Positions 24,705 to 38,138 of a stretch of DNA of 64,000 nt are shown here, in pieces. Position numbers and translations under genes: made by a program. The notes below the pieces were generated by a model, which was not told where the DNA came from, ran no database searches, and worked only from the letters and a program-made list of their open reading frames with translations. Every line of letters starts with the position of its first letter. The stretch's first letter is position 1. Source of the DNA: Prorocentrum cordatum (lineage: Eukaryota); the NCBI GenBank assembly GCA_963575745.1, contig CAUYUJ010000059.1:372001-436000 (forward strand), written 5' to 3'.

Positions 24705-26800
24705 AGGGCTGCTGGGGGCTGCGATCTGTGAAACTGTCGCCACTTTCGAGGGCTGCTGGGGGGCCCAGCACAGTGGGTACCCACGGCAGACTCACATGGG
24801 ACCTCGCCATCCGTGGGGGGCTGCGATCTGTGAAACTGACGCCACTTTCGAGGGCTGCTGGGGGGCCCAGCACAGTGGGCACCCACGGCGGATTCAAATG
24901 GGACCTCGCCATCCCTGGGGGGCTGCGATCTGTGAAACTGTCGCCACTTTCGAGGCTGCTGGGGGGCCCAGCACAGTGGGCACCCACGGCGGATTCAAAT
25001 GGGACCTCGCCATCCCTGGGGGGCTGCGATCTGTGAAACTGTCGCCACTTTCGAGGCCTGCTGGGGGGCCCAGCACAGTGGGTACCCACGGCGGATTCAA
25101 ATTAGGACCTCGCCATCCCTGGGGGGCTGCGATCTGTGAAACTGTCGCCACTTTCGAGGCCTGCTGGGGGGCCCAGCACAGTGGGTACCCACGGCGGATT
25201 CAAATGGGACCTCGCCATCCCTGGGGGGCTGCGATTTGTGAAACTGTCGCCACTTTCGAGGCTGCTGGGGGGCCCGGCACAGTGGGTACTGGGGTGGCGA
25301 TCCCGCCACTTTCGAGTGTAAATTCAAATGGGACCTCGCCATCCCTGGGGGGCTGCGATCTGTGAAACTGTCGCCACTTTCGAGGGCTGCTGGGGGGCCC
25401 AGCACAGTGGGTACCCACCGCAGACTCAAATGGGACCTCGCCATCCCTGGGGGCTGCGATCTGTGAAACTGTCGCCACTTTCGAGGCCTGCTGGGGGGCC
25501 CAGCACAGTGGCCCACGCGCCATCCCTGGGGGGCTGCGATCTGTGAAACTGTCGCCACTTTCGAGGGCTGCTGGGGGGCCCAGCACAGTGGGTACTCACC
25601 GCAGACTCAAATGGGACCTCGCCATCCCTGGGGGGCTGCGATCTGTGAAACTGACGCCACTTTCGAGGCTGCTGGGGGGCCCAGCACAGTGGGTACCCAC
25701 GGCGGATTCAAATAGGACCTCGCCATTTCTGGGGGGCTGCGATTTGTGAAATTGTCGCCACTTTCGAGGGCTGCTGGGGGGCCCGGCACAGTGGGTACCC
25801 ACGGCAGACTCACATGGGACCTCGCCATCCCTGGGGGGCTGCGATCTGTGAAACTGTCGCCACTTTCGAGCCCTGCTGGGGGGCCCAGCACAGTGAGTAC
25901 CCACGGCGGATTCAAATGGGACCTCGTCATCCCTGGGGGGCTGCGATCTGTGAAACTGTCGCCACTTTCGAGGGCTGCTGGGGGGCCCAACACAGTGGGC
26001 ACTCACGGCGGATTCAAATGGGACCTCGCCATCTCTGGGGGGCTGCGATCTATGAAATTGTCGCCACTTTCGAGGCCTGCTGGGGGGCCCAGCACAGTGG
26101 GTGCCCACGGCGGATTCAAAGGCTGCTGGGGGCTGCGATCTGTGAAACTGTCGCAACTGTCGACGGCTGCTGAGGGTCCCAGCACAGTGGGTACTCACCG
26201 CAGATTCAGATGGGACCTCGCCATCCCTGGGGAGCTGCGATTTGTGAAACTGTCGCCACTTTCGAGGGCTGCTGAGGGGCCCAGCACAGTGGGTACTCAC
26301 CGCAAACTCAACTGGGACCTCGCCATCCCTGGGGGGCTGCGATCTGTGAAACTGTCGCCACTTTCGAAGGCTGCTGAGGGGCCCAGCACAGTGGGCACTC
26401 ACCGCAAACTCAAATGGGACCTCGCCATCCCTGGGGGGCTGCGATCTGTGAAACTGTCGCCACTTTCGAGGGTTGCTGAGGGGCCCAGCACAGTGGGTAC
26501 TCACCGCAAACTTAAATGGGACCTCGCCATCCCTGGGGGGCTGCGATCTGTGAAACTGTCGCCACTTTCGAGGCCTGCTGGGGGGCCCAGCACAGTGGGT
26601 ACTCACCGCAGACTCAAATGAAACCTCGCCATCCCTGGGGGGCTGCGATCTGTGAAACTGTCGCCCCTTTCGAGGGCTGCTGGGGGGCCCAGCACAGTGG
26701 GTACTCACAGCAGACTCATACTAGACCTCGCCATCCTTGGGGGGCTGCGATCTGTGAAACTGTCGCCACTTTCGAGGGCTGCTGAGGGGCCCAGCACAGA
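24705..26800. repeat. Minisatellite, ~102-bp unit, ~20 copies
   Basis: GCGATCTGTGAAACTGTCGCCACTTTCGAG recurs at 24721, 24823, 24925, 25026 and onward. The whole unit is conserved, with no unique spacers. Confidence 0.97.
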
Positions 26801-27879
26801 GGGCTTCCCGCACGTCTTTCTCCTTCTCTTCGTTCCCGGTTCCCCACGTTTTCTTCGAGCCTGTAGTTGTCGCCCCTCGTTCTTGTATGGTTCTCCTGCG
26901 CATCATGCCATTGGCGCGTGTCCCAAGTAGCTTACATATCAAACAAAGGATCCTGCAATTTGATGGTCCGTGCAAGTTTCGGCCAACTCCTCGTTTCCCA
27001 TGGTACAAATGGGTTGGGTACGTCACAGGGTAATTGTGTGTATTTATTTGTGTGTGTCCCAGTTCCCCTTCACTTCTATCGTGCATCTCATGATACAGAC
27101 GGATACAAGTCTGCCCCTGTCTCCTCCCTCCCGGCGAAGGGGAGTTCATTGGGGGTCGCAGGGTGTCTCTATCCGTTACTGGCTGGCCCACGTACTTCAG
27201 GCAGGCGCGCCATTTCCGTCAGAACACATTCGCGCATTCTATTTGCCAGGAAAACAACCCCATCCCCCTTTCACCCGAATCATGTGTTACAAATGTAGAT
27301 GATGGCCCTGGATGAACGCTTCCGACGGCTTTGGTTTTCTTACGCCATTATGGGCCATCTTGCGAGATTGGGGCCTTTGGCGCCACCAAGAGCGAAGAGC
27401 TTGGAGGATGGGCGGACCATGTGGTAGGAATGCGCGAGGGTGTTTCTGCTCCTTGCCACCTGGCAAGATTGAAAGATCCCCATCCGTCATGCTTCGTCCC
27501 AGCCAGCGCCACCCTTGTTCCGAGCTTTACTCGCACGATAGGGGCAGTTACAATGCACACGCAAAGCGGGAGTCACGGCGGGCCCCCGCAGAGAAGCGAG
27601 CGCGCAAGTATCGCGACTAATGAGAGCGCATAGGTATGGAGTGACAAGGGAGAGGGGGAGGAGGGGGAGGAGGAGAAAGAGGAGGAGAAAGAGGACGTTG
27701 ATCGAATTTTGTTGTCCGCATCGTGGTGCTGAGGGGGGGGGGGGGATGAACAAGCTAGGTGCGCTCGCGTCATATCTGAAGTCCTACCCCTCCCTCCAAT
27801 CCCTTACCATGGCGTAGATATCCTCTCTATTCGCCCAGTCGGATGTCGCAGCATGGCATAATATTACATGGCATAGCAT

Positions 27880-28570
27880 GGTGTCGAAGATCAACGCGTA
27901 GCATGACACAGCATGGCGTGGGGACGCCCCAAGGTGGGGGGGGGGCTTCTGCGGCCCAAAAATCAACGAATCTACACCGAATGTGTAGTCACTTCCGATG
28001 GTTTCTTCGGGAGACCATTTTTCAGATGGTGGGGCCCATTTGGAAGGGGCATGGCACTCGAAATAATGACGCCAGCGCTGCAGCGCTGCAGCGCGGAAGC
28101 GCGGAAATGAGGCCAGCGCTGCAGCGGGAGCACGATTCGGAACGAACGGTAGCACGAAAATGAGGCCAGCGCTGCAGCGAGAGCAGCAGCATTTTGAAAA
28201 AAAATCAGCGCGGAAGCGCGGAAATGAGGACGCGTAGCTTGACATAGCATGGCGTGGCGACGCCCCAAAGTGGGAGGGCGAGGGGGGGGCTTCCGCGGCC
28301 CAAAAAATCAATGAATCGACACCGAATGTGTAATCACTTCCGATGGTTTCTTTGGGTGGGCATCTTCTAGATTTGGGGGCCTGTTTGGAAGGACCGAAAA
28401 CCATGCCGTGGCATGGCGCTGGAAATAATGACGCCAGCGCTGCAGCGGGAGCACGATTCGGAACGAGCGGAAGCGCGGAAATGAGGCCAACGCTGCAGCA
28501 GGAGCACGATTCGGAACAAGTGTTAGCCCGAAAATAAGGCCAGCGCTTCAGCGGTAGCAGCATGTTGGAA
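27880..28570. repeat. Local ~330-bp duplication with GCCAGCGCTGCAGCG sub-repeats
   Basis: 27900-28200 resembles 28230-28560. Confidence 0.75.
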
Positions 28571-29489
28571 AAACAAAACAAAAAAACACGAATACCCATC
28601 TCCCGGGAATCCTGTGTGTCAAAAAGCCAGTACGCGGGGGGCCGGACATTCCCTGGACGCACGCCACCAGGGGAGCAAGGAGAGTAGCATTCATATTGTG
28701 CATTTATAGAGACATCTGATCAGGCGGAGGAGGAGGAGGAGGAGGAGGAGGAGGAGGGAGGCGGAAGAGGAGGAGGAGGAGCTGTGATAGTCCGAGCGCG
28801 TTTCCGATGCGTCTGTGTTTTGGGGCTGGTTTGATCTCCTGGTGGGGCTGCTGAGGGGCCTTCTTGAGGCCCTCCTCGGTTCGCTGGGGCTTTGGTGGGA
28901 GCTGTTGGGGGCCGCATTGAACCCAATGGGTGCGTGCGTGGTCACCCGAAAAGTCAGGAGGGGAAATAAAAACACACAGACATAATTAATCGACGGTCCC
29001 CCGGAAGAGATCGGCAAATGTGGGAAGACATTTGAGAATGTAGGGGGGAAGATGTGGGAAAATGTGGGAAGGGAATGGGGGGGAGACGAAAACCCAGAAG
29101 ACATTTGAGAATGTAGGGGGGTCCTGGAATTTGCGTGTACAGTCGGGGCCCTGAAGAAGGAACCCTTTTCGTTGGGGAGGGGCTCCGTGTTCCTTGATTG
29201 CTTCACAGTTTGCCTTGGGTTTTCCTTTGGTTTTCGATGGGAAATCGAGGTTCAACTTTTGGATAGAAGGGGCCTCGTTCCTTATTTCGGGTTCCTTGGG
29301 TCAACGCTCCCACTGTATTTGGTCGTGTGTCCCAGGGCCGAGAGGGACAGCCGGACGCCACGGGGGCGACGACTGGCGGCCCGCGGGCAGGGCCGGCCTC
29401 GAGCTCCCACGAGGCCGGGCGGCACCTCGAGGGCGCGGCGGGCCCCTTCGAGGTCCCCCGGCCGAGGGCGCGGCAGGCCCGAGAACCCT

Positions 29490-29534
29490 CCCTCCTCCAC
29501 CTCCTCCTCCTCCTCCCTCCTCCTCTCCTCCTCC

Positions 29535-29566
<32 letters not shown>

Positions 29567-30170
29567 TCCCCCTCCCCCACCTCTTCCTCCTCCTCCTCCT
29601 CCTCCTCCTCTCCTCCTCCTCCTCCTCCTCCTCCTCCCCCTCCCCCACATCTTCCTCCTCCTCCTCCTCCTCCTCCTCCCCCTCCTCCCCTCCTCCCCCT
29701 CCCCCACCTCTTCCCCCTCCTCCTCCCCCTCCTCCCCCTCCCCCACCTCTTCCTCCTCCTCCTCCTCCTCCTCCTCCTCCTCCTCCTCCTCCTTCTCCTC
29801 CCCCTCCTCCCCCTCCCCCACATCTTACTCCTCCTCCTCCTCCTCCTCCTCCTCCTCCTCCTCCTCCTCCTCCTTCTCCTCCTCCTCCTCCTCCTCTCCT
29901 CCTCCTCCTCCTCCTCCCCTCCTCCCCCTCCTCCTCCTCTTCCCCCTCCCCCACCTCTTCCTCCTCCTCCTCCTCCTCCTCCTCCTCCTCCTCCTCCTCC
30001 TCCTCCTCCTCCCCTCCTCCCCCTCCCCCTCCTCCTCCTCTTCACCCTTTCCTCCTCCTCCTCCCCTCCTCCTCCTCCTCCTCCTCCTCCTCCTCCTCCT
30101 CCTCCTCCTCCTCCTCCTCCTCCTCCTCCTCCTCCTCCTCCTCCTCCTCATCCTCCTCCTCCTCCTCCTC
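29490..30170. repeat. (CCT)n polypyrimidine microsatellite block
   Basis: Direct inspection. Confidence 0.98.
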
Positions 30171-30605
30171 GGTCGGTCGGTCGGTCGCATGGCGGACAAT
30201 AGGTGCCAAGATGGAGAGAAAAGGAAGAGAAGCCCGATGAGTGAAGAACGAAGCAGGCAGCATGAGCAGAACGGCGAGGCGGACTATACACACTGCAACG
30301 CACAAGGCGCGGCCACATACGTGGTGACAAACAGGGGTACGATCACAATGCGGATGAGACAATACAGACAGGGAAGAGGAAATAGCAATGCAATTGGAAA
30401 AGTAGAGCCTTCCCCCACATCAGAGAACAGGGTACTGCCCATGGCGCAAGGTGCCGCCCAACTGGTGACGCCAACCCCACTGGTACTGCGAATCATTCGG
30501 CCGCGCGCCGAGTGGCTCCCTAGGGAGCGACAACCTTCCCAGCAGAGCCCTTCCCCCGTCAACTGACGGTGCTTGAAGAAGCGGCAGTTCTGCAACAGTG
30601 ACGGC

Positions 30606-30649
<44 letters not shown>

Positions 30650-31224
30650 CATTTTACCCGAACGCTCAGTGTTCTCACCAGTGCCAGGGTTTTCATACGA
30701 CGCCCGCCAATACCCCCACTTTGTGGGGGGGCCGGTTCAAGCTCTACCACATTTCCAAACGACTCTTCGCCACCACCCACACCCAGCTTCCCGCCCTATG
30801 ACGTTCGGACACTTCACTTCGTGGCATGCGGACGACCGTGGCTACTACACTGGCGCATGGTTTCAATGACTTCTTGTGGTAACATCTTGTGGAAACTAGC
30901 TTAGTATACGACGACGACGATTTGAAGGGCCTACGGTGCGAAAAATGATTTTATGTTGCGCGGTGCTAAAATTCCTACGAAACCCAATGGTTTTTGAAGA
31001 TTTCGGCGTGCGCACGGAAAGAAAAAACGAATGTGTCCCGCATGGTATTATTTGACAGGGATGATGGCCCTGGCAGGTGCGCAACCGTTGTTGGAGAAGT
31101 TCGAAGCACGTGAAGAAGTTGATCGCAAAAGCCCGTTTGACAGAAATGTTTAAAAAAGTTGGGTTTCCTGCAAATCCGCAAGAGCGCGCGGGATGAAATT
31201 GTGACACTTTTTTTATATATATAA

Positions 31225-31291
<67 letters not shown>

Positions 31292-31611
31292 GTTTTTTGA
31301 TGTTTTTATGTTGAAATCGCTACGAACACTAAGGTTTTGGAAGGATTTCGTCTTGCGCGCGCGAATGTCCACTTTACCTTATTTTTTGCAAGGGATTCTT
31401 GAAGTTTGGTTATTTTAGAACAAGAAATTTCATTTTATAGTGTTTTTTGCAAGGGACAGCGGGGGGGAACAAAACAACCGGATCTTGATGACATCGTATT
31501 ACCTGAGGCTTCCTCACGAAAATGATGAAAATGTAGCTGCGGCCTAGGCGCGGCGAGGGGGTCGCGCACCAGGGGTCCCAACAATAATTATTCTTTAGAA
31601 TAAATAATGTT

Positions 31612-31612
31612 C

Positions 31613-31643
<31 letters not shown>

Positions 31644-34600
31644 GGAAGAAAGAGAGTGCCGAGGTCGTCACAACGCAGGCGCAATGGGCACCCTGTGATG
31701 CATGCAATCCATGGCCAGGGTTTGGATCACATATGGGTTGTATGGTGTGGCAAACCATGGCAGTGAAAATGTGACACCCCACCCGTCGGACCCGTCGGTC
31801 AAATCGATGGCCTGGCCCAACGATCTCTCATCCTGCACAGTCCAACGCAGTGGTGGTTTGGTCAGGTCCAGGACAAAAGGGGTCGGGGGGAGATCCGGAC
31901 AAATCTCAGGGAAGCGATCGCGAGTCTCCTGAACGATAGCGGAGGCCAAGAACTGGCACAGTCCAGGGGGAGACGTTTTGCGATGTGCCGTCCGCCAAAG
32001 CCCATCAGATCCGACCCCCCAGACGCCACGGTGCTGCACCATCCAACAAGGTACAAAGGGCGGGGCACCTGACAGGCAAAAGTGTCGTGGGTTTCTTGGC
32101 CTCCCCCCCAAACATACACCGATGGATCTTAAGCACTCGAACCTGTGGGGGGGCCTCGAGACGCCTAATCTGAGGCAGTTTCCAAGAGCTGGGGGCCTCA
32201 GGGAGTCTTTCGCTGGCAGAGGGGTGCCTCATGATACCTGGGATGCTCAACAGCCAACACTCATGCAGAAGACGCACGGTGGTCTTCAGAAGTAGGCTCC
32301 CAAGACGCACCCGCTCCCTCTCTCTGGGGGAGATGTGGCCCAGACCCCAAGGGAACTCGCAGGCCCGCAGGGGCCCGAGGGGCCTGCGACCTCCAGGAGC
32401 ATCGGCAGGGCCTGGGAGGCACCGCGCCGCGGACCAGGTCTCGCAAGGGGGACCCGCTGCAATGGCAGCCACCCTGCCAGATCTCATGAGCGCAACCCAT
32501 AATTGGACTGTCTCCTCGCGCGTGAAGTCGCCGTGCTCGGGGTGGCTAGCGACATCTATACTCAGCATGTGCGAACGAGTGGGGAAGCGGGATACAAGCT
32601 CATCGACGCACCATTGGAGATCACCCTCTCTTCTGAAACCTGAGACAAGGTGCAAGACAAACTTGGAGGCGCGAGTGGGCAGAGGGGAGGGGACAAAAGA
32701 GGAAGCAGGGGGCACAGGAAGAGGGGAAAGGAAATGGAGCTCTGGCCTGTCCTCCCGAGCTTGCTTGCGAGAGTAGGCAATCCGTGGGGCGATGGATGGT
32801 CCCACACATTGAACAGGTGACTGCACCGCGAAGGTGGGTGATCTGCCAGCTGCTCGGTTAGCCGCCGTGATCCTCGTAGCCTCCTCCTTGGCGTCCTGGA
32901 GCTCACTCTCACTATGCCCCCCTCACACCTGCTACCCCACGACAGACGACATGACGGGGAGTTACGAAGATGCTGGGTGAGTCTGGGTACACAGGGAAAG
33001 CCCTTGAGACACATCTGACAGACACTACCCACAGCCAGCATGGTCGGGGAGGACACGCACCTGCGTTTTCTTCCGACGTGCGCTCGCACCACTTGCTCGG
33101 AGGAGGACCGGACATCACGACGTGGGCACTTCACGAAGGGATCCTCATTACAGTCAGAAGCAAGAGGTGAGTCCTTCGCTAGCACTCGGGGCAAGTGTCC
33201 CCACGAAGCCAAGTGGTGCTGGCCATCACAGAAGGCTCGCATCTTGGGTATGGCAGAGCGCAACAAGCAGCTGAGCTCTCTGGGATGAGCTCGAGCAAAA
33301 AGGATAAACCTCACTCACTGACTCACATGTAGACCGTTTCGAGGGGCCCAAGAAAAAGCCAAGGGCGCGAATATCTCCCGCGACTTGCGAGGCCCAAGAC
33401 ACACCGAGGGGGGTTGTGAGATCAACGAGGACACGGACAAGAGGCTGAGCATATCGGATCATACGATACAGGTATCTGAGCCTAGCAACAGTGACCACCA
33501 CATGAAGAGGGAGCCTCCCTGTTCCTCGGTACACCTCTGCAGACACATCGCGGGAGCTGGCGTCGTTGGCAGAAGGAAGGTTCAGCGCCGCGCGGTAGAT
33601 GGCACAGCGCGCCGCACGCATCTTTCGCGCCTGCGCTTCCGAGAGGGGGGGGCCACACGCCCACTCCACACAGGAGCACAGAGGCTGACATTGCTTCCGA
33701 GTAAAGAGCTTTAGCAGAGAGGGAATGGGCCACCCTGCGCCCCACCGTGGCCTTAATGGGCGTCAAAGCCGCTCTCGCTTTGGAGACCCGAAACGCGACC
33801 TCACTAGCCATGTTCCCTGAGGCGTCAAATGGGGCACCCAGAATCTTGCGGGCGGAGCAGACAGGGGAACAGAATCCCCACTTCCCCACTTTTCAGAGGA
33901 AACACGCACAACAGAGCGGTCCGAAAACAGAAGAACACCACGGGATCCAGGACCCCTCAGATGGAACAACACCTTGGTCTTGGCGGAGTTGGGGCGCAGC
34001 CCATATGATAGGCACGACGCATAAACAGTCGCCGATATGGCCATAGCGGTGGCCGTCACGTCGCTCGCTCTTGCGTGCGAATGAAGAAACTGTGAAATCG
34101 TCAAAGGATAAATCGCCCTGCACGCGCTGCCGGTCCTGGGGCGAGGAGCAGGAAGGTTCAGGGGGCGCAGAAATATCAGCAATTCCCTTCCCGAGCTGTC
34201 GAACGCCCTCGCGGATTTTAAGTGGGACTGACCTGGAAACGAGATTGAAAACATCAGCGGCCAAAAGAGCGCCAGGCCTTGCGCCACCTCCAGGTAGCAC
34301 AAGTCCCGACGCTCGCCGCACCTGCCAGAAGGAACAGCGCTGCGATTCCCGAAGAAGCGCCAACAGGTGGCCAGAGGAAATACTCTCAAGGGGTTTCTCT
34401 TCGCGGAGGGCATTCATGGCCCCCTGACACAACAGAGGGGGGAGAGAAATCTGTTCCGAAGCCTCCTCCAATATGTCCTCTTCTCCAGGAAGAGAGGCAG
34501 CACATTGCTTAATAACCCTATAAATGGCATCCACGAGGTCCAGAGATAGCGAAACAAAGGAAAGTCCGTGCCCTCTGGCAATCTGCGCGCACAGAAATAG

Positions 34601-37600
34601 GCCGCGCAAAAGCATCTTAGGGCCCTTGCGGGGGACCCCATCCACACTGCTCGGCCAAGAGACGCGCGCAGAAGAAGTCCGTCGCCAAAGAACGAATATG
34701 ACGATGATAGAGTTTGCAAATCGCACTTGCCATCGTAATGTTTCGCTGGCCTTTTGCCGCCATGGGGGGGCCCAGATCCCTTGTGCAAAAAAAGGCCACC
34801 TCACCAAACTTGAACAATGGGCTCACGGACCGCCAGGGTTATTTTACACATCAAAGAGCAAAGAACCTTGGCCATAGCCTGGGGAGCAGCCTCGAGCAAG
34901 TCAGAGGGAAGCCCATCGATCGGGCCCAGGGGCCTTTCCCGTTCGCAAGTTTCGCACAATGTGTTCGAGGTCGATCACAGCGGGGATGAGATCGGGCGCA
35001 TGAGGCTGAGATGGGGGTAGCAGATCAGGTAGTCGGTTAAAGGCTTGAATGACCTCTTGTAAAGATGCATGTCTACCTGGCTCGACTTGGCAGAAGCGTC
35101 TCTGCATGTAAGAACTTACCTCTTCTTGAGAGGCAAGCACCTTACCTTGCGGAGGCGGCACACCTCTTCCAGCAGCACGCGACATGTCGCCACTCGCAGG
35201 GGGGTCGATCAGGGGGAGAACATCCAGTGTCCTCGAGGCCCCCTTTTTTCTGCCACCAGCGACCAGGAGGGCCTGGAGTTGTTTCCATTGTTGGCGCGGC
35301 AGTTTGGCGCCGACCGGCACCGAAATATCCCCGGCGGTTTCTCGAGGAACCGCGCGCGGTCCTGGCCCAAAGCACACGCCCAGACAACCTTGCTCGAAAT
35401 CAGAAAAGCCACCACCAGATCAGCAAAACGGTAGGGGTCCACGGCCAGCCTCCTAAACTGCCACGCTTGCTGGATGATCACATCCACTGGCTTCCAGAAG
35501 GTCGGTGTGAATCTGGCCTCGGCAGCCTGATGGAGATCTCCTCCTGTGATCCTCTTGGCAAACTTAAAAAAGAGAGGGCAAAAGGGCGAGCATGATCCGA
35601 GCTGGCTGGGGCAGTGTCGAGGGCATGCCACTTCCTAGTGGCACGAATGGCATCCCTCCCCCAGCCGATAAGGTCAAGAACCTGTGGAGAGACGCGTTCT
35701 TGCTTGGGCACTCGGCCAGGGTGTCCGAAGCACCCCTTGGCCAACTCGATGGTGCCCTCTGAGATCTCTTGTAAATGATCCTTCATGTCACGCTCCCATG
35801 GGATGATAGACTTTGGAGGCCGTTAGCAAGTTTGGCGTTGGCCTCATCACAACCCAACAAACGAGGGTCCATCTTGGGGCATCTGGGAATAAGGGCAGAG
35901 AAAGGAGATAGCGACCATTGAAAGGAGGCAACAATGGGAATGTGATCACGAATAGAAAGGCAGTTGTCAAAAGAGGCACGGGTGTGACAAGCAGACGCAA
36001 GTGAAAGAAATGTCCGATCAACCATGATGTAGTCAATACGGTGCGCCTTGCCTCCCATCTCAGTAAACGCGTGACCAGGCTGGTCATCAGGTAGGAAGGT
36101 GTTGACAAGCGGAAGATCACATTGCATGGTTGTTCGGTGAAGCTCGTCACCGCTTGCATCCTGATCTTGTGCGAATCCCTCATCGCCAACAACGTTCGAG
36201 GTGATGTTACCCACGCGGGCGTTCGCGGCATTGAAACATAACTGAGGGGCCCACTCTGTGAGGAGTGCCCGAAGCTTATCCCAAAAGCTCAGCCGAAACT
36301 CAGGTGTTCTCTTGGCATGAAGAGCATGGGCAACCACCGCTGTAAGCGCGATGGGAGGGGGCATATGCGCGCGACAAGTATCCGAGGATCGGCATAAAGG
36401 ATGCGCACGCGCCTACCTTCTAAGACCAGGCTGCGCGTCCCCATCTTGGCATAGTGAGCCTTGCAGTTGACCCAGAGCTCGACACCCAGCCCATCTTCAC
36501 CCTCAACGGCAGAGGTCCCAGAAGAAAGGATCACAAAACCGTCCGCACATCTTACCCCGCGAGGATTTCTGGCTTCTTGAATGCCAACCAGGTGGGTACC
36601 CAAGGAGCCAAACTGAAGCCCGAGAGTCTTGCTGCGGGCACGGCGGGCCTTACCCTGGGCCCCATAAGCCTTGCGGGAAGACGCAGACTTGGCGTTGCAC
36701 TGGGCCACTTTGAGGCCGACGACCGCGTCCTGGGCCTTGACCTCTTTTGATTTCTTGAGATCAGCTATGTGCGACTCCACGGCCCTACAAGAGGGCAAAG
36801 GTGTAGTGACGTCAAAATCCCAGACAGGAAACGCACCCGCAGGCCCCTCGCCCAGGTGGCGAACCCATTCCCGCTCGAGGCCCTGGTGGAAATCGGCACA
36901 GGCGACCAGCCCGCAGGGGAGGACAGAGGGAGAAATATGGCCCAGAAGAGTATCCCGAGCAACGTGGTCCACGAGGCTGTTCCAAGGATGGCCATGATGA
37001 GCCTTGACGTGGGAAACGCGCGCTTGCCTGCGCAGGCATGGGACTAGCCGCAACGAACAAGTGACACGCGCCAGGGGGTCGTCTCTGGCCGGCGCTGTCT
37101 CTCCAAGAATGAACTTGACTGCATTCATGGAATCAGACTCTATGTGGACAGGGAGCGAGTCGGGCAAGAAGAGAAGCATAATGATTGCCCACAAAAGGGC
37201 GGCATACTCCGAGTCGGTGCCGGCAAGGGCGCGGTCGGGCATCGCCTTGCACGTGCGACACACTTTACCACAGTATTTACCACCACATGCGAAGCCCTGA
37301 TCGTCGTGAAACACAAGTACGAAGGCCCAGGCCGCGATATCATCATCACTGTTTTTGACAGGGCCGTCACTGAACACGGAAATGGACTTCCAGGCCCCCT
37401 GACGAGAAGGGCAGAGCTCCAACGCAATTTTGGCCTCCTCTGGCGCACCCATTAAGTCGTCGAGGGACAAGTCAGGGGCTGGACAGGAGCAGCAGAGAAT
37501 CCTATCAAGCACCCAGGGCACGCAAGGCAGCTTAAAGCTGGTGAGGGCTCTAGGGGTCTCATGGAGGCGCGGAGCCGAACTCCTAGGGCACACGTCCGTA

Positions 37601-38056
37601 GCACAACTAGGACCCCCCGATTGGTTGCCACTGAAATTGACGACCAACGAGAGATCGGCACAACAAACGAACATATAAGAGAAACAACAACTAACGATGC
37701 GACTGCTGCAGAACTGGTAAATCGCATGACAGGCGATTGCTAATTCATCACTCGCTTGGCGCAGGGAAGATAGAGTGAGAGCATCGATCACATGGCAAAG
37801 TGGGGTGACGCGCAGAGGTGCACGGGTCGCGCTTCCCCACGAGAAAAAGTTAGGTGATTCCCAATGCGTTAGCGTGGCGTCGATCATCGCCAGCAGCATG
37901 AGTTCGGAGGCCGAGAGCCAGGCTTGCAGTGTTAGCAGGCTGCCAAAGCACAGAGCTGAGCTACCGCAATGGTTACCCACAGCCGGTGCTCCAAGCTCGC
38001 TGGTTGGCTCAAGTTGCACCGCCCAAAGGCCTGACCGTTGAGATCCCATAATCCCC
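31612..38056 (-). mobile_element. Decayed LINE with RNase H, APE endonuclease, RT, Zn finger and C-terminal C5-cytosine methyltransferase-like domain; (TTG)n tail
   Basis: RNase H: VFSDG, SEYAAL, IESDS, HVKAHHGHPWN (~36950-37380). APE: GIQEAR, ANARVG, RIDYI, DHIP (~35930-36710). RT: KAPGPD, SLDLVDA, LSFDDF, AKTKVL (~33500-34930). Zn finger CQMC..HLRNSPSC (~33000). DNMT: LHLVSG, AGPPCETWS, FGGEAKKPT (~31950-32660). (AAC)n on the + strand at 31612-31642. Many frameshifts. Confidence 0.9.
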
Positions 38057-38087
38057 CTCCTCCTCCTCCTCCTCCTCCTCCTCCTCC

Positions 38088-38138
<51 letters not shown>

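Noticed and set aside
24705..26800. CRISPR array
   Set aside because: The whole 102-bp unit is repeated with no unique spacers, there are no cas genes, and the context is eukaryotic.
38000..38015. Dinoflagellate spliced-leader relic (TTGGCTCAAG)
   Set aside because: Only the last ~10 nt match, and it lies antisense within a LINE.
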